From Candidatus Saccharimonadia bacterium (GTDB lineage: Bacteria > Patescibacteriota > Saccharimonadia > UBA4664 > JBBRNT01), in assembly GCA_038230095.1 (NCBI GenBank), contig JBBRNT010000002.1, forward strand, positions 101,341-165,340: a stretch of DNA of 64,000 nt. The letters are read 5' to 3'. The notes beneath the pieces were generated by a model that worked only from the letters and a program-made list of their open reading frames with translations, made no database searches and was not told the DNA's origin. Made by a program: the position numbers and the translations under genes. This document shows, in pieces, positions 9,564-19,643 of this stretch. The stretch's first letter is position 1. Each line of letters begins with the position of its first letter.

Positions 9564-10263
9564 CTTGCAGCTGCGCTTGTTGTAAATGCCACACTCCCCC
9601 TGCTCGTTCGGTTTTTGTTTTGTTTGGGTAATGTAGCAAGTACATGGATTTAACGGGGCCGAGGCCGGGCATGAAAAAGCCCGTACATACGCAAAAAATA
9701 GGGGTAGTTCGCATTCCCGTGCATATGGGCTCTAACTAGGCGTTTTATACCACTTTAGTGGCTGTATAGTCCCACTATTCATAATGGCAATATGCCATAT
9801 TATGGCTTAACAGAGCTATTATCAGATTAGAATTGATACAAAAAGGTACTACGACACCTCTTCCGAAGCATAACCGCTAAGACGCAAAATACACATTGTG
9901 CGACGTAATCATACAAATGCGCCACACCACCACTCCTCCGTCTTTTCGGCGCTTTCACCAGGTGCATACTAGCGATGGGCTAGGGTGCGCATTCTTGCCC
10001 ACTCTCGGCATGGTACATAACGCGTAATACAGTGTATTTAGCTTGCTTCCATAGGCATTTGACGCGTCAATTCTGCACGTTCCCGCCTACTCCTGGCTGC
10101 CCGGTAACTATGGCAATTATGATGATGCATTTGGATTAACCACTATTTCCTATCTGTTGCCATCTGGTTGTTCCCTACCCTTTCTGGCTACCTTGGACAT
10201 TTTGCTCCCGCGCCCGAACAGGAGTGGACCAGATGGGGAACGGAGGCCTGCCTACAGGAGAAA

Positions 10264-10296
10264 CCAAAAACCCAGCCATAGGCTGGGTTTTGTCTT
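10264..10296 (-). terminator. Intrinsic terminator (bidirectional hairpin CCCAGCC-ATA-GGCTGGG flanked by an A-tract and a T-tract) downstream of the ATPase gene
   Basis: A 7-bp GC stem is followed by TTTTGT on one strand and TTTTTGGTTT on the other. Confidence 0.55.
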
Positions 10297-10318
10297 GCAG
10301 ACTTACCTATTTGTGTTC

Positions 10319-13003
10319 CTACTTCTGGTGGTCGCTGGCGCGGTACGTGACACTGGCGTATTTGGGCTTGGACTTAGTCCCCTGGCCGGCTCCACGATCG
10401 TCGCGGCGCGGTGCGCGGGCCGGTTCTGGTGCGCTGGGTGGTAGCTCAGGGTTTCTCAACGCCGCTATAAAGTTCGGTTTTTGTTCGTCAATAGTATTGA
10501 TGAGACTCTCCTCCGTACCACCCACCTCTGGGCCGACTTTCGGCGTGTCACCATCTCCGCCTAGCGTCCAGCGAGATATGGCGTCTTCCACCTCGGCTCG
10601 CGTGGATGAGTAGTTCTGGTGAGTAAGCTCAATGATCTCGGCGGTATGGTCGGCCTCGGACTTAGGCACGCGGAGGGTCTGGCTGGCAAACGGCGTAGTC
10701 TTCTCGCCGTCTATGCTCATGGTGATGTAGTTATGCTGATTGTTCAGATTAATCAGATCCTGCGGGGTAAATGTGGGCTCGAAGTACTTGGCAAGTACGG
10801 TTCCGTCGGCGGCACCTACCCGAAAGCTAATCATAGAGCCGACATTGCCGAAGACGGCGTCACGGACGGTCTCGGGCATTTGTGAGACGTATTGGTTGGC
10901 TACCGTTAGGTTTAGTCCATACTTACGAGCCTCGGAGAGGATGACAGCAAAGGAATCCGTCGCAAAGTTCTGGAACTCATCTACATATAGGTAGAATGGT
11001 CGACGCTGGTCTCGCTCTATGTCGGCGCGGCTCATGGCGGCTAGCTGGATCTTGGTTACCATAAGGGCGCCGAGAATGGCCGCATTGTCCTCGCCCACGA
11101 GACCAGTCGATAGATTGACGATTAGGATCTTGCCCTCGTCCATAAGCTTGCGGAGATTGATCCCGCTACGAGATTGCCCAACAATATTACGTACCAGTGG
11201 ATTGGCGGTGAAAGCACCGACTTTGTTCAGCACCGGGGCCACGGCCTCGGAGGCAAACTTATCGTTCCAGCTGGCAAACTCAGTAACCCAGAACTGTTTT
11301 ACGATGGGGTCCTTTATCTCTTTGATGACTTTATTGCGGAAGCCCTTCTCGGTAAGCATGCGCGTAATGCCCAGCATGGTAGAGTCTGGATAGTCCAGCA
11401 GGGCTAGGATGGTAAACCGGAGAATGTACTCCAACCTGGGGCCCCAGGAGTCGAACAGACGCTTAAGCACGCCTACCAGCTCGGAGCTAATATGGTTCTT
11501 AAAATTGGGATCCGTGACTTCCATAGGGTTGAAGGCTATGGGGAAATCGCGATCGGCTGGGTTGAAGTAGACAACGTCCTTGACGCGGTGGGCTGGCACA
11601 AACTTCATTATGTCGGTTGCTAAGTCGCCATGCGGATCAATAACGGCCATACCAATATTGTGGTACAAGTCCGAGATCATCAGTAGCTGCAACAGGAATG
11701 ACTTACCTGTCCCCGTCTGGCCAATAATGTAGAGGTGGCGCCCGCGGTCGGTGCGCTTAATACCGAACTTGAGACGGCGGCCACGGAAATTGGTGAGGCC
11801 GATCAGGCTGGTGGAGTCGCCGACAGCATTAGTCTCGGTCGGCAGGCTAGCCGGTGGCTCGGCAGTTTTGGAGGTAGCCCAGGCCAGGTTGGGGGTCTCT
11901 ACGCTCTTGTGTGGCAGGTGGTAGACGCTCGCTAGCTCTTCAATATTGAGAATGTAGCCATTGTCCAGGAATAGTCGGGCGCGGTAGTCTTCGAAAAACT
12001 CGGCGTTGGTCTTGGTACCACCGGATTCAAATCCGTTGAGATTATTGGTATTGAACTGTTTAAACCCGCCGACTATGGCCATAAGGCGCTGCTTGCCTAG
12101 CTCTGGGTTGGGGCCGACATAGGCAATGCGCACCTTCACGGCGTAGCCCAGTTTGTTGATCTTCTCTTCTACGCCCTTTATAACGGTAGCCTGTCCGGTG
12201 GACATTTCCTTTTTCTCGGCTTTCTTATCTTCTTTCTTAGCTTCGGGCGCGACCATCATGCCTGAAAACAAGTTGGTAATAATGTGAAGCGGCAGTTCGA
12301 GAATGGCTGCCTGTAGTGACTTCCACAGGGAAGGCTTTTTACCATTTTTGACGTCATCAATGTAGGCCAGTCCACGGTCGCGCCACTTGTCGCTGACGGG
12401 CCGGGCGAGTACCTGGATCCACATTTCCTCATTCTGCTCTTCCAGCTTGGCCATGACGGCGGTAATGCCGGCTAGCGGATCTACTTCGAAGCTCGCAAAG
12501 ACCTTGATGGGCAGTAGATCTGTCTTGGTGAGTATGAGCTCGGCGCCAATCTGAACCGGCTGGCCCGCTTCCCTATCCGTGTAGTCCGGGGCGTCTTCGG
12601 TGATCTGGACACTGGGGTACTGTGCGTAGATCTGACCTTCGACGAAGTCCTTCAGGTGCCGTGGTGTCCAAATGTAGAACTGGATCTGGCCCCCTTTGGC
12701 AGCAATCTCGAGACTAAAATGCTCTTGGAGTGAGCCTTCTTTGGCTATGTCGCTGTCCGAACGCAAAATACCGTGCAAACTAGCGAACATTTGCTCGGCG
12801 GAGAGCTCTTTTTTCTCGTTCTCTTTGGGGACTTCAATTTTTAAGAGTGTGTGTTCCACGTTGCTTACCCAAATTTCCCGGCGCCGGTTCTGCCAGATTA
12901 AGTACAATAAAATAAGGACAATAATGACCCAGCCATAGAACTTAAAGAGGACGATACCGATGAGTTGCAGAAGCGTCCCCACCAGTGACACTAAGAAGCT
13001 CAT
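10319..13003 (-). CDS. Membrane-anchored FtsK/HerA/VirD4-superfamily P-loop ATPase, best matching a TraG/VirD4-type type IV coupling protein
   Basis: It has an N-terminal two-helix transmembrane hairpin, a roughly 380-aa linker, Walker A IIGQTGTGKS, DPHGD, Walker B LYVDEFQNF, and ARKYGL...NQYVSQM resembling the RxRG / QSxxQL motifs of T4CPs. It ends in a Pro-rich tail of about 120 aa. Confidence 0.55.
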   Translation of the reverse strand: MSFLVSLVGTLLQLIGIVLFKFYGWVIIVLILLYLIWQNRRREIWVSNVEHTLLKIEVPKENEKKELSAEQMFASLHGILRSDSDIAKEGSLQEHFSLEIAAKGGQIQFYIWTPRHLKDFVEGQIYAQYPSVQITEDAPDYTDREAGQPVQIGAELILTKTDLLPIKVFASFEVDPLAGITAVMAKLEEQNEEMWIQVLARPVSDKWRDRGLAYIDDVKNGKKPSLWKSLQAAILELPLHIITNLFSGMMVAPEAKKEDKKAEKKEMSTGQATVIKGVEEKINKLGYAVKVRIAYVGPNPELGKQRLMAIVGGFKQFNTNNLNGFESGGTKTNAEFFEDYRARLFLDNGYILNIEELASVYHLPHKSVETPNLAWATSKTAEPPASLPTETNAVGDSTSLIGLTNFRGRRLKFGIKRTDRGRHLYIIGQTGTGKSFLLQLLMISDLYHNIGMAVIDPHGDLATDIMKFVPAHRVKDVVYFNPADRDFPIAFNPMEVTDPNFKNHISSELVGVLKRLFDSWGPRLEYILRFTILALLDYPDSTMLGITRMLTEKGFRNKVIKEIKDPIVKQFWVTEFASWNDKFASEAVAPVLNKVGAFTANPLVRNIVGQSRSGINLRKLMDEGKILIVNLSTGLVGEDNAAILGALMVTKIQLAAMSRADIERDQRRPFYLYVDEFQNFATDSFAVILSEARKYGLNLTVANQYVSQMPETVRDAVFGNVGSMISFRVGAADGTVLAKYFEPTFTPQDLINLNNQHNYITMSIDGEKTTPFASQTLRVPKSEADHTAEIIELTHQNYSSTRAEVEDAISRWTLGGDGDTPKVGPEVGGTEESLINTIDEQKPNFIAALRNPELPPSAPEPARAPRRDDRGAGQGTKSKPKYASVTYRASDHQK

Positions 13004-14046
13004 GAGTCGGTTAACCGATAGGTTGCCTTGGCAACGCGCTCAAACTGGGACTTCTCCTGCAGATTGAGAACGATAGTAGTGGTCTTTACTTGGCGTTTCT
13101 CCAGCACCCGGCGGACAATCTCGTCCTTATGCAGGGGTGCTTGCTGGCGGAGAATTTCAGTAATAATGTCGGCGACAGTTCCAGGCGTATAGCCCCAGTC
13201 GCTGAGCGCGTAAATGCCGCGGCCAATGAGGACAAAACGACTGTCTTTAATAAGCTCATTGTGTACGGCCTGGACGGTAACCTTGCGACGCGAGAACCCA
13301 GACTGGTGAATGTGTTCGGCAATGTCGGAGAAGTGCAGCGGCTTGCCGTGCTTGCCCAGAACCAGGAAAGTCTTATCGCGAATGCTCTTTGGGTTGACTG
13401 ACGGCCAGCTGATAAGGCCAATCTTGCCGTCGAGCGCAGCTAGGTCCTTGGAAATGTCGGCAATCTGGCCGACCGTATTGGCAGCCGGTGCCGAGGGCAT
13501 GTTGGCGGCAGCCTTGGAAGCCGAGATGGGCTTGCCAGCGGCTTTGACAACCTCGATAAGCTCGGCTGCCGCGGCACGGACGTGCTTGGTTGTGTAGGTC
13601 GGCAGTACGCCAAAACCACTGAGCAGGCGGTCGCTCTCTTCGATAGTCTCAATGGAGGGAGTGAGCTCGGCTAGAAACAGGATGTAGGCCTGGTCGCCGG
13701 CCGATTCCGCGCCGAAATGGGCTGCCATGGCTGTAGCAGTAGCGACACCACCCATAGTGGTCAAATACGCTACAAAGGCGCTATCCATAGCGGCTACCTC
13801 GGTCTTAGCAGCAGTTTTGAGCTTGGCAGTAGCCGCTTTCTCGATCTGACGGACACGTTCGCGGGTAATGCCAAAATCGCGACCGATCTTTTCGAGCGTC
13901 TGTCGCTTGGCCAAACCAAAACCGAATCGCTTGGCCAGGATCTGGCGGTCGCGATCGCGGCGGAGCAGCTTCAGGGCGCTGTTCGCAATTTGTTTGTAGT
14001 TGATTCCGGTTGTGGAATTGGTTGATTGATTCAAGTCTGTAACCAT
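13000..14046 (-). CDS. DNA-binding protein with a sigma-70 region-4-like HTH followed by two HARE-HTH-like winged helices
   Basis: The region-4 signature is LEKIGRDFGITRERVRQIEKAA. The C-terminal repeats (HFSDIAEHIH...RFVLIGRGIYALSDWGY and ...ATYRL) match HARE-HTH. Its stop overlaps the ATPase start in an ATGA arrangement. Confidence 0.5.
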   Translation of the reverse strand: MVTDLNQSTNSTTGINYKQIANSALKLLRRDRDRQILAKRFGFGLAKRQTLEKIGRDFGITRERVRQIEKAATAKLKTAAKTEVAAMDSAFVAYLTTMGGVATATAMAAHFGAESAGDQAYILFLAELTPSIETIEESDRLLSGFGVLPTYTTKHVRAAAAELIEVVKAAGKPISASKAAANMPSAPAANTVGQIADISKDLAALDGKIGLISWPSVNPKSIRDKTFLVLGKHGKPLHFSDIAEHIHQSGFSRRKVTVQAVHNELIKDSRFVLIGRGIYALSDWGYTPGTVADIITEILRQQAPLHKDEIVRRVLEKRQVKTTTIVLNLQEKSQFERVAKATYRLTDS

Positions 14047-14107
14047 CTATTCAAGATAGAATTATAAAATAAGTGTCAACCCGTGTCAATGATATTATGT
14101 CGCTTTT

Positions 14108-16429
14108 CTAGAATTTGGGTATAGCTGGGTTTTTGGGCAGTTTGAAGTGCTGGCCATTAATTATGATGTAATCCGGCGTTACAATAACCGGCTGGCCCTC
14201 GGTGACTGGCGCTTCAGGGGGCTTAGGCCTTGTCGCACATAACTTAGTCGGTACCGACTCCTGTAGGTACCACTCTAGTACCTTCGTATCCCAGGCGTTG
14301 GCGAGGCCGCCGTCGGTCGCACAGACGGCTACCTGGACCAGGCCGGCTGGGTGGACGAATGGTATAACCGGCTGGCCTGCGAGTGCCTGCTCCATGTAGT
14401 CGTGCCAGATAGGCGCAGCGCCAGTAATGCCATCAACGCCGAGCATTTTCGAATGATTATTGTTGCCTACCCAGACGGCCGTGACGAGCTGCGGCGTATA
14501 GCCGACCGTCCAGTTGTCGCGGAAGTCGTTGGTGGTACCGGTCTTGGCGGCAGCCGGCCGGCTGAGCCGAAGTGGCGAGTTGGCAGTAAACTCCTCGGTA
14601 CGCGCGGTGTTGTCGGATAAGATATCCGTGATCATAGCCGCGACGCGCGCGTCCATGACCTGAGTTCCCGGCGCAACCGGCTTAGTCAGGTCTCCCCCAT
14701 TCTTGTCGTGAACCGACAGGATAGGACGGGGCGTGACACTGATGCCACCGGTAGCAAAGCTGGCGTAGGCGCTGGCCATATCGAGCGGGCGGACTTCGGC
14801 GCTACCTAGGACAATGCTCTCCCCATACTGGCTGCTGTCTCCCAGGGTGGTTATACCCAGCTTCTTGGCAAACTCTATGGCTGGCACGAGCCCTACGTGC
14901 TCCAGGACGTGGAGGGCGGGTATATTGAGCGAGTTGGCCAGCGCGCGGCGGAGGGTGACGGGGCCACGGAACTTGCCGTCGTAGTTGTTCGGCCGGTACA
15001 CGCTGCCGTCTGGCTGGGGCACGGCCATGGGCTGGTCTTCTACCACCGTTCCCCCACTCCAGCCCCCAGCGAAAGCAGCGGCGTAGACGAGCGGCTTAAA
15101 GCTGGAACCAGGCTGCAGGCGGGATGTGGTGACATTGACGCTACCAAAGCCTGGGGTGTCATAGCCAATGCTCCCAACCATGGCCAGGACGTCGCCAGTC
15201 GTAGGATCGAGTGATACTAGTCCCCCATTGGTGGCGTTATTACCAGCAAGCCGAGCCACTTGAGCTGCTACGATCTGTTCGGCGCTCGCTTGTTTCGTGA
15301 GATCTAGCGAGGTCTTGACCACCATTCCCCCACTCTCCACCGCATCATTCCCGTACTGCTTACGGAGCTCATCTAGCACGTAGAACACAAAGTGTGGCGC
15401 CCGTAGCACCTGCTGACGGCTTGATACCACGATGGGAGCCTGTCCAGCAGCAGCAGACTCGGTGTCGGTTATGCGGTGACCGGCCTGCATGAGTGCTAAG
15501 ACATCGCTACGCCGGGCCGCAGCGGCCTGGGGGAAGGCGGTAGGATCTAGCCGGCTGGGTGCCAGCGGCAGGCCGGCTAGTAAGGCGCTCTCCGGCAGTG
15601 TCAGCTGTGCGGCTGGTTTATGGAAGTAGGTTTGGGCTGCTGCCTCTATGCCCTGAGCGCCCTGGCCGTAGTAGACCTTGTTCAGGTACATTTCTAGGAT
15701 TTGATTCTTGGTGTACTTCTTTTCCAGTGCGATGGATAGCACAATTTCCTGAAACTTCCGCTGGAAGCTCTTTTCGGGTGTGAGCAGACTATTCTTAATG
15801 AGTTGCTGGGTAATAGTGGAGCCGCCCTGGAGCTTGCCGTGCTTCTGAGCATCGACGTAGATGGCTCGTAGGGTTCCCCGCCAGGAGAAACCGGCGTGGT
15901 CGTAGAAGTGCGGGTCCTCGGCCGCCAGCGTGGCGTCTATGACGGACTGCGGCAGGTCTGCCAAGTGTATGTCGGTGCGGGTGGAGGCACCGTAGGCTTG
16001 GTACAGAAGAGTACCGTTGCGGTCGGTTAAGGTAATGCCAGTGGACGTACGGTTAAGGAGGGCGGCAGGGCTCGCAATGTAGGCCCCGTACTGGGAAATG
16101 GTTTGTTTGGCGGCGTCGTAGGCCATAACACCGACAGCGGCACCAGAGCCTGCTAGCCCAAGCAGCAGTGCCACTACGAGCCAACGGTTTAGGATACGGC
16201 GGCGCAGCTTTCCAGCGACACGCAGCAGATCTGAGCCGATAGCGGGGGCGTCCCAGGCTATACGCTTGCCGGCGCGGCTGAGCGTGCGCTTCGTCCAGAG
16301 CAGCCAGGAGTCTGCCGTGACACCCCAGGTCTCGCTGGAGGTAAAAGTGCCTTGGCTAAGGAGCGCAAAGCTCAGGCTCTCGTAGAACTGAACCTGGTCC
16401 GGCTTGGAACGTGTTTTGCGTTTGGTCAT
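14108..16429 (-). CDS. mrcA: Bifunctional class A penicillin-binding protein (PBP1A: glycosyltransferase plus transpeptidase)
   Basis: It has the GT51 motifs (GGSTITQQLIKN), transpeptidase SSFKP and KTGTT motifs, and an N-terminal transmembrane segment. Confidence 0.9.
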   Translation of the reverse strand: MTKRKTRSKPDQVQFYESLSFALLSQGTFTSSETWGVTADSWLLWTKRTLSRAGKRIAWDAPAIGSDLLRVAGKLRRRILNRWLVVALLLGLAGSGAAVGVMAYDAAKQTISQYGAYIASPAALLNRTSTGITLTDRNGTLLYQAYGASTRTDIHLADLPQSVIDATLAAEDPHFYDHAGFSWRGTLRAIYVDAQKHGKLQGGSTITQQLIKNSLLTPEKSFQRKFQEIVLSIALEKKYTKNQILEMYLNKVYYGQGAQGIEAAAQTYFHKPAAQLTLPESALLAGLPLAPSRLDPTAFPQAAAARRSDVLALMQAGHRITDTESAAAGQAPIVVSSRQQVLRAPHFVFYVLDELRKQYGNDAVESGGMVVKTSLDLTKQASAEQIVAAQVARLAGNNATNGGLVSLDPTTGDVLAMVGSIGYDTPGFGSVNVTTSRLQPGSSFKPLVYAAAFAGGWSGGTVVEDQPMAVPQPDGSVYRPNNYDGKFRGPVTLRRALANSLNIPALHVLEHVGLVPAIEFAKKLGITTLGDSSQYGESIVLGSAEVRPLDMASAYASFATGGISVTPRPILSVHDKNGGDLTKPVAPGTQVMDARVAAMITDILSDNTARTEEFTANSPLRLSRPAAAKTGTTNDFRDNWTVGYTPQLVTAVWVGNNNHSKMLGVDGITGAAPIWHDYMEQALAGQPVIPFVHPAGLVQVAVCATDGGLANAWDTKVLEWYLQESVPTKLCATRPKPPEAPVTEGQPVIVTPDYIIINGQHFKLPKNPAIPKF

Positions 16430-16558
16430 ACCAAAGCCCCGCGCATTAGCGTTTGTGCATTATTCTTAAAAACTATTATCCGCCACCAATTGTGGCTTAC
16501 ATTAGCATAAATCAGATATGGACACCATGGGCATTTCCCCAAAAGTGTCTGTGAGGGA

Positions 16559-18874
16559 CTAGGCTTTGGGTTTGCGAGTAAAGCGTCCGCGGGGCTTGTC
16601 TGGTGCGGCGGCAATAAGGGCCTCGCAGGCTGGGAGGTCGAGGGTAGCCGGGTCTTGGCCCTTGGGGATCTTGGCATTGGTTTTACCATTGGTCACATAT
16701 GGGCCGAAACGGCCATTGAGCACCTTAATGTCAGAACCCTCGAATTCACGGATAGTTTTGGCAGCGTCGGCGGCTTTTTTCGCGGCAATTAGCTCCTGGG
16801 CTTTTTCTAGGGTAATACTGAACGGGTCTTCCGGCTTAATTGAGACAAATAGCTTGCCAACCTTTACATACGGTCCAAAGCGGCCAATATTGGCACTTAT
16901 GCTCTCCCCTGCTGGAGTCTGCCCCAGGTCGCGAGGTAGCTTAAACTGCTCCAGCGCTTCTTCTAGAGTGACAGTATCCACCTTGCGGCCGACTGGCATA
17001 GGGGCAAAGCGAGGCTTCTCCTCGTCTTCGGCCTCCCCTATCTGGAGCATGAGGCCGTAGCGGCCCATACGGGCTATCACTGGCTTGCCAGACTTGGGGT
17101 CTTTGCCAAGCTCGCGAGCGCCAGAGGCTTCCTCGCGGCTTATATCGGCTGCCGACTCGACAGTCTTGTGAAAGGGTGTGTAGAACTCCGAGATCATGAT
17201 ATTCCAGGAGGTTTTGCCTTCCTCTATCTCATCGAAGTCTTGCTCTACCTTGGCGGTAAACTGGAAGTCCACAATACTAGGAAAGTGCTTAACCAAGAAG
17301 TCGGTCACCAGCTCGCCAATGGGTGTGGGAAATAGCTTGGAGCGTTCGGCGCCAGTCATTTCGGTCTGAATCCGCTCGACTATCCCCTGCCCCGTTAGCT
17401 CGACAATCTGGATGTCTCGCGGTGTACCCTCCTTATCGGTTTTCTCGACATAGCCACGGTCCTGGATGGTAGAGATGGTAGGCGCGTAGGTGGACGGTCG
17501 GCCAATGCCCATTTCTTCCATCCGCTTGACCAAACTGGCCTCGGTGTAACGCGGCTTGGCTCGGTCGTAGCTCTGGGTGGCGCGCATCCAGCCCAGGCCA
17601 AGCGCCTCGCCGATAGTCAGCTTAGGCAGTAGTCCCTGCTCTTCCATTTCCTCATCATCGGCACCCTCGAGGTAGACGGCTAGGAAGCCATCAAACTTAA
17701 TGATTTCACCCTTGGCGACCAGGGTATCATGGCTGGGCGCAAAGCTGATAATTGCTTCGGTCTTCTCTAATACCGCGTCGGCCATTTGCGAGGCAATGGT
17801 GCGCTTCCAGATGAGCTCGTAGAGGCGCTTCTGGCCACTGTCGGCCCCGGCAGCCCGCCGGCCAAACTCGGTGGGGCGGATGGCTTCATGTGCCTCTTGG
17901 GCCCCGGCCGACTTGGTATGGAACTTGCGAGTATGGACGTAGTTTGCTCCAAAATCCTTGCTAATCTCGCTAGACGCGGACTTAATAGCGAGCTCACTCA
18001 GATTGAGCGAATCTGTACGCATGTAGGTAATAAGCCCCTGCTCGTAGAGTTTCTGGGCAATCGTCATGGTCTGTCTTACCGAGTAGCCGAGCTTGCGGCT
18101 AGCTTCCTGCTGCAGGGTTGAAGTCGTAAAGGGTGCTGATGGGCTCTTCTTGCCCGGCTTAGTCTCAAGACTCTTAATGGAGAATGTGGATTTCTCGGCT
18201 ACCTCTAGGAAGGCCTGGGCCTCGGCCTTGGTCTTGAACTTGGCGGGTCGCTCAGCGCGTACCACGCTGCCGTTGCCGGTGGTAAACTCGGCAGCCAGGC
18301 GGTAGGTGGCCTGCGTGGAGAAGCCTTCTATCTCCCGCTCGCGGTCGACAATAATGCGGACGGCGACGGACTGCACCCGCCCGGCTGACAAACCGGTACG
18401 GACCTTCTTCCAGAGGACTGGCGAGAGCTCATAGCCTACCAGGCGGTCTAGCACGCGGCGGGCTTGTTGGGCGTCTACCAGGTGCTGGTCAATAAAGCGG
18501 GGGCTGGCAATAGCGGCCTTAATGGCTGGCTCGGTAATTTCGTGGAAGACAATCCGCTTGGTCTTCTTCGGGTCCAGCCCAAGAACATTGGCAACATGCC
18601 AGGCAATTGCCTCACCTTCGCGGTCTTCATCGCTAGCTAGCCAAACAGTATCGGCGGCTTTGGCCAGCTTGCGTAAGCCGGCCACCGTCTTGGCCTTATC
18701 TGGACTTACGACGTAGTTGGGGGCAAAGCCGTGCTCAATATCTATAGACATGCCAGTCTTGGGTAGGTCACGAATGTGGCCAAAACTAGCAACGACGGTA
18801 TAGTCCTTGCCTAGGTATTTCTCAATTGTTTTGGCTTTCGCAGGGCTTTCGACGATGACGAGGTTTTTGCTCAT
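16559..18874 (-). CDS. topA: DNA topoisomerase I (TOPRIM plus Topo IA core; zinc-less C-terminal GRFGPYV repeats)
   Basis: It starts MSKNLVIVESPAKAKTIEKYLGKDYTVVASFGHIRDLP and carries C-terminal GRFGPYV repeats. Confidence 0.95.
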   Translation of the reverse strand: MSKNLVIVESPAKAKTIEKYLGKDYTVVASFGHIRDLPKTGMSIDIEHGFAPNYVVSPDKAKTVAGLRKLAKAADTVWLASDEDREGEAIAWHVANVLGLDPKKTKRIVFHEITEPAIKAAIASPRFIDQHLVDAQQARRVLDRLVGYELSPVLWKKVRTGLSAGRVQSVAVRIIVDREREIEGFSTQATYRLAAEFTTGNGSVVRAERPAKFKTKAEAQAFLEVAEKSTFSIKSLETKPGKKSPSAPFTTSTLQQEASRKLGYSVRQTMTIAQKLYEQGLITYMRTDSLNLSELAIKSASSEISKDFGANYVHTRKFHTKSAGAQEAHEAIRPTEFGRRAAGADSGQKRLYELIWKRTIASQMADAVLEKTEAIISFAPSHDTLVAKGEIIKFDGFLAVYLEGADDEEMEEQGLLPKLTIGEALGLGWMRATQSYDRAKPRYTEASLVKRMEEMGIGRPSTYAPTISTIQDRGYVEKTDKEGTPRDIQIVELTGQGIVERIQTEMTGAERSKLFPTPIGELVTDFLVKHFPSIVDFQFTAKVEQDFDEIEEGKTSWNIMISEFYTPFHKTVESAADISREEASGARELGKDPKSGKPVIARMGRYGLMLQIGEAEDEEKPRFAPMPVGRKVDTVTLEEALEQFKLPRDLGQTPAGESISANIGRFGPYVKVGKLFVSIKPEDPFSITLEKAQELIAAKKAADAAKTIREFEGSDIKVLNGRFGPYVTNGKTNAKIPKGQDPATLDLPACEALIAAAPDKPRGRFTRKPKA

Positions 18875-18977
18875 ACAAGACTACACGTTCTTATATATGT
18901 CTGCCCGCGTCAAGGGAATTTCTCACAAACCAGATGAGAAATTTAAAAGAGCCCACATGGAAGTGTGGGCTCTGTAA

Positions 18978-19496
18978 TCAGCTGACAGCCTGCTGGGTAG
19001 GCGGAATGGCATATCGCCCACGGTATGGTACCCCGCGCTGCCGTAGGCGGGCGATGGCCTTGCCGACATCCAGTGCATACGTCTGGATGCTGCTATCGAC
19101 TATTAGCTCGATAGTGGATCGGGATTGGTGCTGGGATAGTACCAGACTACTAGGGAAGGACATGCTGATACCAGCAGACTCCTCGCTAAAGCGAATATGG
19201 CCGCGTAGGACCAGGGTACCCTGATTGCCCAGGTAATCACTGAGCCAGTGAGGGTCACTGAGCTCTGGGGCGAAGGTAAACCAGTACGAACCCTTGTGTT
19301 CTGTGGCCAGTGCATCTACCAGGGTCCTGGCCTCGGCACTGATATTGCGCTCGGGGAAGATGGTGAACGAACGAATAAACTCCGGCGGAGGGTTGAAGAG
19401 GACTCCCTCGCGGAATAGCCGGTGAACTGTGGTCAGATCCACGTCTCTGAACACACGGGCGGTTTCGGCAGAAAGAAATACCGGCATCGCGATCAT
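18978..19496 (-). CDS. Hypothetical protein (172 aa) with a good AGGAGA Shine-Dalgarno sequence
   Basis: It is an ORF with a 4-nt-spaced AGGAGA RBS and no family I can recognise. Confidence 0.4.
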   Translation of the reverse strand: MIAMPVFLSAETARVFRDVDLTTVHRLFREGVLFNPPPEFIRSFTIFPERNISAEARTLVDALATEHKGSYWFTFAPELSDPHWLSDYLGNQGTLVLRGHIRFSEESAGISMSFPSSLVLSQHQSRSTIELIVDSSIQTYALDVGKAIARLRQRGVPYRGRYAIPPTQQAVS

Positions 19497-19643
19497 GGTG
19501 GTCTCCTACTGTGCTTGGGTTGTCGAATGGGCTTGGGTAAACTTCAAAAATTGTCAGAGAGCAATGCTTGCGACTCACCCACTGGTCGCCGGTTTTACGG
19601 AGTTCGCTGTGCTACCGCTGGTACAGGTGGCAGCGGGGAGGCC

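Noticed and set aside
9740-9870. Replication origin (oriC) in the AT-rich part of the long intergenic region
   Set aside because: There are no DnaA-box (TTATCCACA-like) clusters and no dnaA or dnaN nearby.
10157-10613. Two + strand ORFs (95 and 129 aa) at the ATPase 3' end
   Set aside because: They overlap the terminator and the Pro-rich C-terminus of the ATPase on the other strand, and they are low-complexity and Arg/Gly-rich. They are shadow frames.
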